Source: Macrostomum lignano (taxonomy: Eukaryota). From it: 64,000 nucleotides of DNA. This document shows, piece after piece, positions 1 through 12,470 of this stretch (positions are counted from its first letter, which is position 1; every line of letters begins with the position of its first letter). Position numbers and translations under genes: made by a program. The DNA lies in assembly GCA_002269645.1 (NCBI GenBank), contig NIVC01000106.1, positions 372,001 to 436,000 on the forward strand, written 5' to 3'. The notes under the pieces are model-generated. The model worked only from the letters and a program-made list of their open reading frames with translations, did no database searches and had not been told where the DNA came from.

Positions 1-400
1 CCACCAATCCATTTACATAGAGCTCTATTCGGCTTTTTTCATTGAAGATCGAGTAGTAGGAAAATGAAAAGCGTCAAATATTTCTTTTTTTTGTCTAATT
101 AGCTTAATTACTTCTCAAAGGATAAAAACATTTTCATTTAAAATCTAGAAACTAGTATTCTTTTGAAATGTTTGAAATGTTATTTCAAATTCGTCCTTTC
201 GTTTCTATAGAAATACGATAAAAGATCGAGAAAATTTCTCGAACCGAATTCCAGAATCGGATCGCGGTTTTGGAACCGACTATGAAAACGGAACAGACAA
301 TATGAAAAGCTTCGAACCGATTCTGGTCCTGGAATCGGTCATATGAAAAGCCCGTATATTTCGCTCTCCGACCCCCCCCCATGGAAATTCCGTGGCTTTC

Positions 401-496
401 CCTGCGGCAGAGTCCACCAATGCATTTACATAGGCGCTATGTTTACACACTATAGCCCCGTGGTTTTCCCACGGAAATTCCTGCGGCAGAGTCCAC
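401..496. repeat. 17-bp direct repeat pair CCTGCGGCAGAGTCCAC
   Basis: Identical 17-mers at 401-417 and 480-496, each near an upstream GGAAATTC. Bases 1-20 also resemble 415-434. Function unknown. Confidence 0.6.
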
Positions 497-1439
497 ATTT
501 CCCCTACTACTCTAGCACAATACTGTTCTGTCCGGCATGTGGAAAAGTATTTGCCCCGCCTTCGCTTACTCATACTGCACACAGACAAAGCTTATCTGTA
601 TTAGCAATCTGTTCGTGGTGGTTTAGAAGGATACTGTCTTCCTGTATATAGCTCTCTATCCCTTCATCACTCGTAATAACTTCATAAATGCTCGCTTGAC
701 CAATGGCTGGTACTGAACTAATAATTCATACGATACATAATGGTTAATACTTTCTAACTCCGTACAGCTCACAAGTTTCTACTCTCTACCTTAACAGTAA
801 CATTAAAATAAAAAAGGTAAAATTTGCTGCTTTTGTGCCTTGTTTGCTTACTTTTCTATTAAAATACTTGCGGTTTATAATTGAAAATGTCTGCTTTTTA
901 TTCAATTTTATGTGGTTTGAAGGTTTATTTTTGCTAAAATGCCTGGTTTCTTATAAAAATTTCTACTCTCGACAATGATTGTGTCAGCTATTTCATTAAA
1001 ATAACCTACTTTTTGAATAAAACGTTGTATTTAAGCCCCTAGTTTTTTCAAAACATAATGGAAACCCTCACAACGCCCTTGGAACCTCCTCAAGCAGCTT
1101 ACATAGAGCATGCAGACCCCGAAACCCCCTCTAGTGTGCCCTGATTTCAGCGGTCTGACGGTTAACATCTGTATTTTTACACTATATTTTCCTTCATACA
1201 GCAATACAGGAGGGTTTGGAAGAGTGAATCTGGCGGGAGAGGGGGCTTGTGGGGTGATGAGGATGCGTACACACAGTTTAGCCTGTTTTAGCCTACCTTT
1301 TGGGCTAATATACTTACTATTATTACTACCATTATACCTACTATGTACATACTATTATACTACCCACTATTAAATATGCTGCACTAAAACCAACTTTTGA
1401 TAATACATAGCGTGTTTTGGTCGATTCTCCCTCACGTCT

Positions 1440-2250
1440 CTGCGCCTACACATGTGCTCTGCTCGCTTTGTTCTCTGTTTGTGTACCTCTCTGTAACGTC
1501 TCTGTACGCTCAGACTGGTTTCTCCGTCCCCGCACGCACCTCTACTAAAGTTTGCTGTTACCTACCCCTACACACTGCTCTCTGTCTCCCTCCGCGCACA
1601 CCTCTCTGGCCTTGCATGCAACTTGCATGTCTACTCCCCTGTCCTGCCCTCGCGTGGGTCCCTGTCTATACATGGCTACCGGACCCTACCTCTCTGTGCC
1701 TTGCTCGGAACTCTGTCCCAGGCCCCCTTCACACTTCTCTGTCCCGGGCTGCAACTGGCTACACGCGCCTCTGTTCCCTGCCAGCGTGGCTGCCTACCCC
1801 TGCACACTGCTCTCTGTCCCTCCTATCCGCGCCTCTCTATCATCCTATTCCTGCAGCTGACCATGCCGTTCAGCTCTGTCCACGCACGGCTCCACCCCTG
1901 CCCGTGTCTCACTGTACCGCCCTGTGTGGCTCCCTTACCCTGCGCGTTTGCTTCCTATCTCCCTCCTGCTCCATATGTTTCTGTTCCCTCACACTACGCA
2001 CGCGTGGCCTGCTCTCTGTCCATACACATCTCTGCTCCTCCATTCTATCCTCGCGTGGCCCCTTGACTGTTCGCATGCCCCTGCATACCCTGCCTGCCTC
2101 TCTGTCCCCTGCAACTGGGGAGGGAGCTCTCTATCCTCTGTACGGCTCTCTCTGTGGGTGTGTGTGTGACTCACACTGTCTCTCTGTCCTAGCATGCGCC
2201 TCTCTATCCGGCTCCTGCAGCAGGCTGTGTTATTCACATCTCTTTCCACC
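1440..2250. repeat. Degenerate CTCTGT-rich low-complexity region
   Basis: Recurrent CTCTGT/CTCTCTGTCC motifs; the overlapping ORFs are L/S/C/P-rich with no recognisable domain. Confidence 0.55.
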
Positions 2251-2254
2251 CACC

Positions 2255-2439
2255 CTCTGCCCGTACACGCTCACTGTACAGGGCTGCGTCAGCATCGGGG
2301 TTAAAACTTCTCGCTCCCTATGCTTCAACAGTATAACAACCTAGTGGCTGGTTCTCTGTCCGCCCCACCCCTCTCTGCCCGTACACGCTCACTGTACAGG
2401 GCTGCGTCAGCATCAGGGTTAAAACTTCTCGCTCCCTAT
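2255..2439. repeat. 67-bp direct repeat, 2 copies, 118-bp period
   Basis: CTCTGCCCGTACACGCTCACTGTACAGGGCTGCGTCAGCATC(G/A)GGGTTAAAACTTCTCGCTCCCTAT at 2255-2321 and 2373-2439. Confidence 0.9.
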
Positions 2440-2580
2440 ACCCCAAACCGTGTAGTGGCCTAGTATGGGCGCGACCTGGGTTCGATTTCGCTAGTTGAGA
2501 TGTGGGTGAGAGAGGGGAAGAGGCTAGGTGGGGGCAGGGCGTGAGGTATAGGGTGCCTGCGGGGTACGTATCGTTGACTA

Positions 2581-2720
2581 CATATCGGGAGAGTGTACAC
2601 CTGTATTGGGCGAGTGTACACCCATATCGGGAGAGTGGGAGAGTGTACATATCGGGAGAGTGTACTGGGGAGAGTGTACTGGGGAGAGTGTACCTTTGGC
2701 TCGGGAGAGTGTACACTCGG
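2581..2720. repeat. GGGAGAGTGTAC minisatellite
   Basis: About 7 imperfect copies of (ATATC)GGGAGAGTGTAC. Confidence 0.8.
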
Positions 2721-2760
2721 GGCGCCTGCGGCATGGGCGTCTGCGGCTCAGGAGGGTGCG

Positions 2761-2840
2761 CTTGGGATCTGATTGATTTGGGATCTGATTGATTTGGGAT
2801 CTGATTGATTTGGGATCTGATTGATTTATTGGGATCTAAT
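2761..2840. repeat. 16-bp tandem repeat TTGGGATCTGATTGAT
   Basis: 4 near-perfect copies plus a partial copy. Confidence 0.9.
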
Positions 2841-3022
2841 ATCGGGAGGGTGCGCCTGCGGCTGGACGGCGCTTGGCGCCACGCGCCTGCGGCGCGCGCG
2901 CCGAGCGCCGATATCGATACGGGTATCGATCACCTAGTGATCGGGGCGCCAGCCAATGAGAGGCGAGGAGGGTTGACACCCACCCCCCTCCCAAAATCAA
3001 CACATCTGCCAGTCCTTAGTAG

Positions 3023-3640
3023 TCAGGATTGAGGATCAGGATTGGAGATCAGGATTGGAGATCAGGATTGGGGATCAGGATTGGAGATCAGGATTGGGGA
3101 TCAGGATTGGGGATCAGGATTGAGGATGAGGATTGGGGATCAGGATTGAGGATCAGGATTGGGGATCAAGATTGGGGATCAGGATTGAGGATCAGGATTG
3201 GGGATCAGGATTGGGGATCAGGATTGAGGATCAGGATTGGGGATCAGGATTGGAGATCAGGATTGGGGATCAGGATTAGGGATCAGGATTGAGGATCAGG
3301 ATTGGCGATCAGGATTGGAGATCAGGATTGAAGATCAGGATTGGAGATCAGGATTGAAGATCAGGATTGGAGATCAGGATTGAAGATCAGGATTGGAGAT
3401 CAGGATTGGAGATCAGGATTGGGGATCAGGATTGGGGATCAGGATTGGAGATCAGGATTGAAGATCAGGATTGGAGATCAGGATTGAAGATCAGGATTGG
3501 AGATCAGGATTGGAGATCAGGATTTGGGATCAGGATTGGAGATCAGGATTGGGGATCAGGATTGGGGATCAGGATTGGGGATCAGGTTTGCGGATCAGGA
3601 TTGGCGATCAGGATTGAAGATCAGGATTGGGCATCAGGAT
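3023..3640. repeat. 12-bp satellite (GGGATCAGGATT)n
   Basis: About 50 tandem units with GGG/GGA/GAG/GAA variants; source of the IRIGDQDW-type ORFs. Confidence 0.97.
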
Positions 3641-4287
3641 CGACCGTCCTCGCAGCGGTGCTAAAAACCAAATAATTAAGAGTTTTGGTGACTTAATTGC
3701 AGCCTTGGGGACAACAGTGTTAACGATTTCGAGTCGTTAGCAGTTGTGGCCATCAATGCCAACATTTACACGTGAGCGAGTTTGAAGCGGTGGTTCAAGA
3801 ATCGAAGCAGTTAGGCTAATGATTGCCAAACTGGAGAACTCAGTTTTTTGCCTCATGTGTACATTAAATTTAAGAGCCAGATTTGAATCCATTTGATTAA
3901 CCGGATGCATGTAGCTAGCGATTAGATTTTTTGTACAGATCCTGCTGTAGATGCATGGAATTACAGTTTAATTTTGTCAAAGCCTAGGCATTCAATACTG
4001 AAATTTACACTCGAAAATTACACGCCATTCACTTCAGTTCAGGACGAAACCAATTAATGTAGGTTCAAGCCAGGAGCCTGCGGCCTGATGTGGCCAGGCC
4101 GCAAAGCCTCGATCTAGATCCGGCCCGGCCCGGGGTCCTTTTGAAGAATTCAACTTAGCAATGCCCGGTCTGCTCATGAGTTCATTTAACTCTATTTTTA
4201 ATCCTCTTAGATATGTAGCTTCTGGCTCACTTCGACCTCTCTCGACTCGATCGCCTCGACTCTCTTCGCTTCTCTTCTAAACTCCTC

Positions 4288-4460
4288 CAGTGGCGCAACC
4301 AGAAATCTTTTGAGGGGGGATTCCGCAGAGGGTATAAAAGACCTATTACTGTAATAGAGGGCGGAAGGGAAGGCTCTCTATTTTGGCGTAATGCGCTTGA
4401 TTACCCCTGTCGTCATTTCTCAGGCCTCTGCAAAAAGGAGGCACCCTGAGTGCGCCCCTG
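4288..4460. mobile_element. Putative hAT-like MITE, 173 bp
   Basis: Ends CAGTGGCGCA and TGCGCCCCTG form a 9/10 inverted match. Flanks AACTCCTC and ATTTCCTC match at 6/8, consistent with a decayed 8-bp TSD. No ORF. Confidence 0.45.
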
Positions 4461-5950
4461 ATTTCCTCTCTCGCCTCTGCTTTCTTCTCTAATGATCATC
4501 TCCTCTGTCCGATCTTCTCAAGCCCTCTTACCTTTTCTTTCTCATCTGTCCCACTTATAAGCTATAGATTCTTTACATGGTCATTGAGGTAAAATCGGCC
4601 GGGTTAAAACCCTTTGTCTGGGGCATCGCCACCGGTTGGAGCTGGGGGTCATGCATGTCCCACCAGAAAAACTGTGGGGGACATGCGAGTGTTTTGTCCC
4701 TCACGCCCCATCTTTGTGACCCGTTGTGGAAATCAAAATATTGTTTCAATTCAGGATTTTGGCTACACAGTAAAGGTTATATATAATTTTTAAAGCACTT
4801 AAAAACTTGTTACATGAAACTATGTCACAAAAACTTAAACTATATAAATTTGTTATAAAGCAACTTTACATCTTCCGGACTTTTTGAAGCTTCAATGTAT
4901 TGCCGCAGTGCACCGGCCGAGTCCGAGTCCTGTGGATGTGGACCAACCACTTTCCAATGATAAATTCGCTTAGCTGCTCAGAAAAATGTGATTGAATCGT
5001 GCTCAAGGCAACCAATTGTGCGCAAAAGGTGTAGCAGCAAGCTGTGAAACAACACTGATGGCTGCATTTTCGGAAGTTTCGAATGTGATTTTAAAAAGTT
5101 GGTTGACTTTGTTACAACCTGAGCTTGCCGGAACTGTAAATGCCATGCAGGGTCGAACAGTAATGTGTCCGAATGCCGATCCAACGATTTGGATGATACG
5201 GGTGAGTCGTGCAGTCACACCGTTGGTATTTCGTGTACATGCGAATGTACGCATAAAGTATGAATTGTTGCTCACTGGGTTGCACGATGGAGCCGATTTT
5301 AGTGCAGAAACTTTCATGCTCACTTTGAATATCAAAACTGTGAGTATCTACCGGCGCTCGGATGTTGGAGGCGGCGGTCACATTTGGCTGTGACTTCACG
5401 CGTCATCACGAACCCAAGCACAATGTAGCAATCATCTATGCTAAAACTTACAATATCCGCACGCGCTGCTGTGCATTGAAACTGCTGCGTGGCTTGCAGA
5501 AAAAACTGTTTAAACGACACACAGAAAATAGCCTGCACAAAACCTTTGAGTTCAACTAAAGTGCCATCCTTTTTGCGATCTCTCTCTACATCTGTCTACC
5601 TATCTACTTCTCTCTCCTCCTCTCTACCTCTCTCTCTCTCCCTCTCTCTATCACTCTCCCCCTCTCTCTACCTGTCTCTCGAGCGTTCTCGGAGAAACTG
5701 ACGGCCCGCAGCCAAAGAATCCTTTGCGCATCTTTCGTACGAGCGGATACAGGCTGCAGTTGACAACGCCGTCCGGTCAATCACAGCAGCCGTTCGGACA
5801 CTGGCGGGGCGCAAGAGGCGCCTGGCGCTGAACCTGGCCGGCAGAGAAGCGCAGGAAAAACTGCGTCACAATTCTTCACCGGTATTGAGAACGCCGCCGC
5901 TGCCCGCCAACTTTGCTTTACCGACACACATTCTGAGGAGAAGTTCTGCA

Positions 5951-6125
5951 TAAGGGGTGGGTGTTCGGGGTTCGGGGTCGGCTTTTGGTTCCTGGGTTCG
6001 GGGTTCGGGATTTTGGATAGGGGTACCGGGTTCGGGTTTCGGGATTTGGGGTACGGGTACCGGGTTCGGGTTTCGGGATTTGGGGTACGGGTACCGGGTT
6101 CGGGGGTTCGGGTCGGGATTGGCCA
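5951..6125 (+). repeat. G-rich minisatellite (GGGTTCGGGATTT/GGGTACC), copy A
   Basis: Tandem GGG tracts separated by short loops. Confidence 0.9.
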
Positions 6126-7009
6126 CCGGGTATTTTTGGGGTTTTTGGGTTTCACGCAATTATCACTTTTAAGTTAATTTCTCGCAATGTTAACTTATTC
6201 TTTAAATAAGATTCTTTAATTCTATCTTTAGATTCTTTAAAAAGAGTCAAATCTGGCTGACAACTGACCTCCAGACCTTCAGATATATTTAAGTTGCCTA
6301 TGGCATCGGGAAAGAAGTAAAAATAGCAAGCTGTACTACAAATTGTTTTGGAAATAACGAAATTCCTTGATGTTGATGCCTAAAAAGTCATGTGGAATTA
6401 TTTTAACACGTGTTTTTATCAGTCTTTATGCACCAGCCATCAGTATTTAATTGCAAAAAATTAATTGCTCCTATCAGCATACAGCTATATGTAATTACGA
6501 GCTTTGTACATAGCAGTTGTTTCATAGTAAGCCTTCCACTGACTGTCTTACTGCTGACTACGAGCTGAGCTACATGGAATTTCCATACAATGATCGAATC
6601 TTCATTTTTTCCAAAGAACATTTCTGTAAAATTGTAAAGACCAGCTGTTAGAAATCCATTACGTATAAAAAACTTGGGGCTGTATTATTTTCAAGCCTTT
6701 TGGCTTTGGACACAAGTTTTTGGAGGCAAGGAATTACCCAACACATTATTATCCGTCATTATTAGCTGTGTACTAGCAATCTAGTGCGGCCCCCCTTCGG
6801 TCGTGAAAAATAGTTCATGGAAAACAATTAAAAAAGCACATTTCCTTAAGAACCAATTCCTTATTTAGTTTTATAAATCACCTTATTCATGTAAATTGTC
6901 ACGGACAAAGATGTTTGCTATGAATGTCTTTTTTTCTAAAATTAACAAACAGACATCAAAATATGGCTTTCACAAAGATAACAGGCATTTCCCCTAAATA
7001 TAAAATATT

Positions 7010-8490
7010 CCCAAGACAGCAAGCATCCACCCAGATAGAAAGCATCCACCCAGATAGCAAGCATTTTGCAGATAGCAAGCATCCCCCAGATATTGTTGAA
7101 GCATCCACCCAGATAGCAAGCATTCTGCAGATAGCAAGCATCCCCCAGATATTGTTAAAGCATCCACCCAGATAGCAAGCATTCTGCAGATAGCAAGCAT
7201 CCCCCAGATATTGTTGAAGCATCCACCCAGATAGCAAGCATTCTGCAGATAGCAAGCATCCCCCAGATATTGTTAAAGCATCCACCCAGATAGCAAGCAT
7301 TTTGCAGATAGCAAGCATCCCCCAGATATTTTTGAAGCATCCACCCAGATAGCAAGCATTCTACAGATAGCAAGCATCCCCCAGATATTGTTAAAGCATC
7401 CACCCAGATAGCAAGCATTCTGCAGATAGCAAGCATCCACCCAGATAGAAAGCATCCACCCAGATAGCAAGCATTTTGCAGATAGCAAGCATCCCCCAGA
7501 TATTGTTGAAGCATCCACCCAGATAGCAAGCATTCTGCAGATAGCAAGCATCCCCCAGATATTGTTAAAGCATCCACCCAGATAGCAAGCATTCTGCAGA
7601 TAGCAAGCATCCACCCAGATAGAAAGCATCCACCCAGATAGCAAGCATTCTGCAGATAGCAAGCATCCCCCAGATATTGTTAAAGCATCCACCCAGATAG
7701 CAAGCATTCTGCAGATAGCAAGCATCCCCCAGATATTGTTAAAGCATCCACCCAGATAGCAAGCATTCTGCAGGTAGCAAGCATCCCCCAGATATTGTTG
7801 AAGCATCCACCCAGATAGCAAGCATTCTGCAGATAGCAAGCATCCCCCAGATATTGTTAAAGCATCCACCCAGATAGCAAGCATTCTGCAGATAGCAAGC
7901 ATCCCCCAGATATTTTTGAAGCATCCACCCAGATAGCAAGCATTCTGCAGATAGCAAGCATCCCCCAGATATTGTTAAAGCATCCACCCAGATAGCAAGC
8001 ATTTTGCAGATAGCAAGCATCCCCCAGATATTGTTAAAGCATCCACCCAGATAGCAAGCATTCTGCAGATAGCAAGCATCCCCCAGATATTGTTAAAGCA
8101 TCCACCCAGATAGCAAGCATTCTGCAGATAGCAAGCATCCCCCAGATATTTTTGAAGCATCCACCCAGATAGCAAGCATTCTGCAGATAGCAAGCATCCC
8201 CCAGATATTGTTAAAGCATCCACCCAGATAGCAAGCATTTTGCAGATAGCAAGCATCCCCCAGATATTTTTGAAGCATCCACCCAGATAGCAAGCATTCT
8301 GCAGATAGCAAGCATCCCCCAGATATTGTTGAAGCATCCACCAAGATAGCAAGCATCCTGCAGATAGCAAGCATCCCCCAGATATTGTTGAAGCATCCAC
8401 CAAGATAGCAAGCATTCTGCAGATAGCAAGCATCCCCCAGATATTGTTGAAGCATCCACCAAGATAGCAAGCATCCTGCAGATAGCAAGA
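7010..8490. repeat. 59-bp satellite, copy A (~25 units)
   Basis: Unit GCATCCACCCAGATAGCAA-GCATTCTGCAGATAGCAA-GCATCCCCCAGATATTGTT(A/G)AA, made of three related subunits of 19+18+22 bp. Confidence 0.97.
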
Positions 8491-8599
8491 ATCCCTAAAT
8501 AGCAAGCATCCCTGGATAGTAAGAATCCAATACATGTAGCCAGTACCCCCCTCTCCCAAATAGCAAGTACCCCCTCGAGAGCAAGCATCCACCAGACAG

Positions 8600-9360
8600 C
8601 AAGTAGCTAGTGCAAATGTTACCTCCGCTAATGCAATAATCGCTTTCTCAGGTTGTGCAACAATCCACGTCTCAGCGAGCGCAATAATCTCTTTTTTAGA
8701 CAGCGCAATAATCAGCTTCTCAGCTAGTGAAATAATCATTTACTCATCTAGTGCAATAATCCTTTACTCATCAAGTCCAAAAATTAATGTCTCAGCTAGT
8801 GCAATAGCCCTTTCTAATCTAGTGCAGTAATCCTTGGTTTATCAAGTGCAGTAATCCTTGGTTTATCAAGCGCAGTAATCCTTGGTTTATCAAGTGCAAT
8901 GATCCTTGGTTTATCAAGTGCAGTAATCCTTGGTTTATCAAGTGCAGTAATCCTTGGTTTATCAAGGGCAGTAATCCTTGGTTTATCAAGCGCAGTAATC
9001 CTTGGTTTATCAAGCGCAGTAATCCTTGGTTTATCAAGTGCAGTAATCCTTGGTTTATCAAGCGCAGTAATCCTTGGTTTATCAAGCGCAGTAATCCTTG
9101 GTTTATCAAGTGCAGTAATCCTTGGTTTATCAAGTGCAATAATCCTTGGTTTATCAAGTGCAGTAATCCTTGGTTTATCAAGTGCAGTAATCCTTGGTTT
9201 ATCAAGTGCAGTAATCCTTGGTTTATCAAGTGCAATGATCCTTGGTTTATCAAGTGCAGTAATCCTTGGTTTATCAAGCGCAGTAATCCTTGGTTTATCA
9301 AGTGCAATGATCCTTGGTTTATCAAGTGCAAAAATTTTTAGTTTATCAAGTGCAGTAATC
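8600..9360. repeat. 24-bp satellite AAGTGCAGTAATCCTTGGTTTATC, copy A
   Basis: About 23 homogeneous units at 8815-9360, preceded by strongly diverged units at ~8600-8815. Confidence 0.95.
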
Positions 9361-10029
9361 CAGCAAGTCTCTATTGGTTACGCAATATAAATCAAGTATT
9401 GAGCTATGCTTCCACACTGCGTTTTCAATGCAGTGACGCAATTCAATTCAGCGTTAAAATTCAGCCAGTGCACAGACGATAAATAAAAAGCCTGTTGTGA
9501 TGCAATCTTTTTTAGAATCAGAATTCAACCAGTCAGTTTTTTCTCTAGCATTCTTACAATGCATTTCAAGTCGAAAGAGCTGCTTGACCTTTGCAAAGAA
9601 AGCATGTTTTTCGAATATTTGATCCCTTTAGCATCGAGCAATTTCTTAGCCACGTTGCATGTACCGTCACGGAAAATTTTCTGATCAAACAGTGCAAGTT
9701 CGAACAAAATCGGTTGAGCCATTTTAGTATATAGGATTTTGATTTATTTTTTATCTTAGTCGGCGCCAAAAATGTTTCCAAATAAAGTAAAACACAAAAA
9801 GCGCTGTAGTTTAACCAACAGTGTGTTTATTGCAATCGTTACTCTCTGATTAAGGTGTGTTAGACGCTCCGGGGGGTGCCGCTGCACATGCTTCTGTACT
9901 CTGGCGGGGATTGAGGTGTGGGGGTGTTGGCCGCGCCGGCCGGCTTAAGCCCCTGCAACCGGCCCGGCTTGTCTCCGCTTCCATTTCACAATATTTTTTA
10001 ATTTTATTGTTTTTTACGAACCAATAAAT

Positions 10030-11115
10030 AAATACTCGCCTAAACAAATAAATAAGGAGTCGCCTAAACAAAGAAATAAACACTCGCCTGAACAAATAAA
10101 TAAACACTCGTCTAAACAAATAAATAAACAGTCGCCTAAACAAATAAATAAACACTCGCCTAAACAAAAAAATAAATACTCGCCTAAACAAATAAATAAA
10201 CACTCGCCTAAACAAATAAATAAACACTCGCCTAAACAAAAAAATAAATACTCGCCTAAACAAATAAATAAACACTCGCCTAAACAAATAAATAAACACT
10301 CGCCTAAACAAATAAATAAACACTCGCCTAAACAAATAAATAAACACTCGTCTAAACAAATAAATAAACAGTCGCCTAAACAAATAAATAAACACTCGCC
10401 TAAACAAAAAAATAAATACTCGCCTAAACAAATAAATAAACACTCGCCTAAACAAATAAATAAACACTCGCCTAAACAAATAAATAAACACTCGCCTAAA
10501 CAAATAAATAAACACTCGCCTAAACAAAGAAAAAAACATTCGCCTAAACAAGTAAATAAACACTCGCCTAAACAAATAAATAGACACTCACATCAACAAA
10601 TAAATAAACACTCGCCTAAACACATAAATAAACACTCGCCTAAACAAACAAATAAAACACTCGCCTAAATTAAAAATATATTCAATCGCCTAAACGAATA
10701 AATAAAAGCTCGCCTAAACAAATAAATAAACACTCACATCAACAAATAAATAAACACTCGCTTAAACATAAAAATTTAAACTCGCCTAAACGAATAAATA
10801 AACACTAGACTGAACAAATAAATAAAAACTCGCCTAAACACATAAATAAACACTCGCCTAAACAAATAAATAAACACTCGCCTAAACAAATAAATAAACA
10901 CTCGCCTAAAAAAATTAATAAACACTCGCCTAAACAAAATATTAAACACTCGCCTAAACAAAATAATAAACACTCGCCTAAACAAAATAATAAACACTCG
11001 CCTAAACAAATAAATAAACACTCGCCTAAACGAATAAATAAACACGCCTAAACAAATAAATAAACACTCGCCAAAACAAAGATATAAACACTCGCCTAAA
11101 CAAAATAATAAACAC
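10030..11115. repeat. 24-bp satellite TAAACACTCGCCTAAACAAATAAA, copy A
   Basis: About 45 units; source of the LFRRVFIY-type ORFs. Confidence 0.95.
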
Positions 11116-11239
11116 TTCGCTTGATTCCGTTGGGTTCCGCTTTTTCGGCCGCTGCCAACTTTTTCGCAACCTCTTTGTCTTCTTTGGCTCCTTCCGGCTT
11201 CTTCCGGGAAACCGGAAACCCCGAACCCCGAAAAATTTG

Positions 11240-12470
11240 CCGTCACGAACAGCCCTACATGCACCAAAACAATCACCACGGAGGACGTTGTGCTGCTCGC
11301 TCAGAGAACACCAGGCAGGCAGCAAGGCGCTCGGCCCAGACGAAGTTCCAGTCGAGGCGTTGCGGCTCCGCTATGAGGCTTCTCAAGTCACTGGCGTCAT
11401 GAACCGCGGGCTTGCCGGCGGCTACTTGCTCACCGAATCGACCGTAGCGCACCTCGTGCCAGCGAGGCACCTCACTGATTTCCTGTACACGTGAAGCTTT
11501 TGATTGACTGCTGCTCGACCGTCTGCAGTCAGTGCTGGAGCCGTGTTTGCAGGTCTCCGAACTCCGCCGTGTCATCGAGGAGGTTCCCAACCACCAGACA
11601 ACGCTGATCATTGTATTTGTCGACTTCCGGAAGGCGCTAGACTGAGTGCTGAGAGCCGCCGCGCTGCCTTTCGTCCTGCGAGCCTATCGGACCGCAGCCG
11701 CTGGACGTCGCTGTATCGCGAGTCCGACCTGTTTGAAACTCCGTCAGGAGTGCTTCTGAACTCCCCGCAGCAGGCGACGGCTTCCTGCGGCGCAGACGCA
11801 TTGGTCCGTCGCTGGGCTACACCGGCGACCTACCGATGATCTTGACCTGTCCTCAACTGATGAAGGCGCCCAGCGCCAGACGGACAGGTTGGTCGAAGTG
11901 GCTTCAAGCGTCGGCCCAGTTCTCAACACGCTGAAGATCGAGGTGCTGACCATCCCAGCCGATATCCGAGCGGTGCAGACGGACAGACGACTGAACCAGA
12001 GCGCTTGCCAGCGGTTCACCTACCTCGGCGGTCCGGTGCCCATCGTTGTGGACGACATCCGGCGACGCAGAGGACTCGCCTGGGCGGCCTGACGGTCGTC
12101 GATTTGCGCCCGATCGCCCGAGGCCGCGCCAGAGTTTCAGCTGGACTCGGCGTACTCGGTGCAACTTTTCAAGCTGACGAGAGCGGCCGGTTTGAGGCCC
12201 TGTACGAGAGCTGCAGCACCCATCCACCATCCTGCGCCGGCGGCGACTCCAACTGGCAGGCCACGTGATCCGGGCTGAGAGCTGTTGCCCCCAGCCTGTC
12301 CAAAATGTCGTGCTGCTCACTTTGCCGGGACCGATCAGGCGGGGTCAAGCGAGGACCCGGAGATACGTGGACTGCATCCTGAGCGACGCTGGGGCGCCCG
12401 ACACCGTCAAAAGGCGCGCGCCAGACTTTGTCCGCTCGCTGACGTTTCGGCGCGCCATCCACTGACTTAC
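11240..12470 (+). mobile_element. Degraded non-LTR retrotransposon RT relic (RTE-like), copy A
   Basis: Broken frames give IIVFVDFRKALD* (RT motif VDFxKAFD), SGVL, TDDLDL (decayed YADD), then EGAQRQTDRLVEVASSVG..LN..K.EVL and RFTYLGG..RRRGLAWAA, typical of the RTE-clade RT C-terminus. Many stops and frameshifts. Boundaries approximate. Confidence 0.75.

Noticed and set aside
2290-2425. GGGTTAA ends in the 67-bp repeat resembling piggyBac right termini
   Set aside because: No matching TTAACCC left end or transposase trace nearby.
2456-2487. Pol III A-box (TGGCCTAGTATGG) and B-box-like (GGTTCGATT) pair suggesting a tRNA or SINE
   Set aside because: Only 10 nt apart, versus roughly 30 or more in tRNAs, and no cloverleaf; at most a deleted relic.
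4079-4118. 9-bp GC hairpin followed 10 nt later by CTAG (Helitron 3'-end pattern)
   Set aside because: The next base is A, not T, and no matching 5' end or second copy is visible.
8650-8700. EIIALAETW, resembling the APE motif DII.L.ETW
   Set aside because: IIAL is the satellite's own 8-codon reading, no other endonuclease motif follows, and neighbouring units have stops.
9525-9722. Short ORF MAQPILFELAL.. kept in both copies (also 16327-16569 and 23705-23986)
   Set aside because: No recognisable domain; retention is expected in a recent duplicate, and the 16.3-kb frame is shifted in B.
7010-11115. CRISPR-like appearance of the 59-bp and 24-bp arrays
   Set aside because: Units are contiguous with no unique spacers, there are no cas genes, and the context is eukaryotic.
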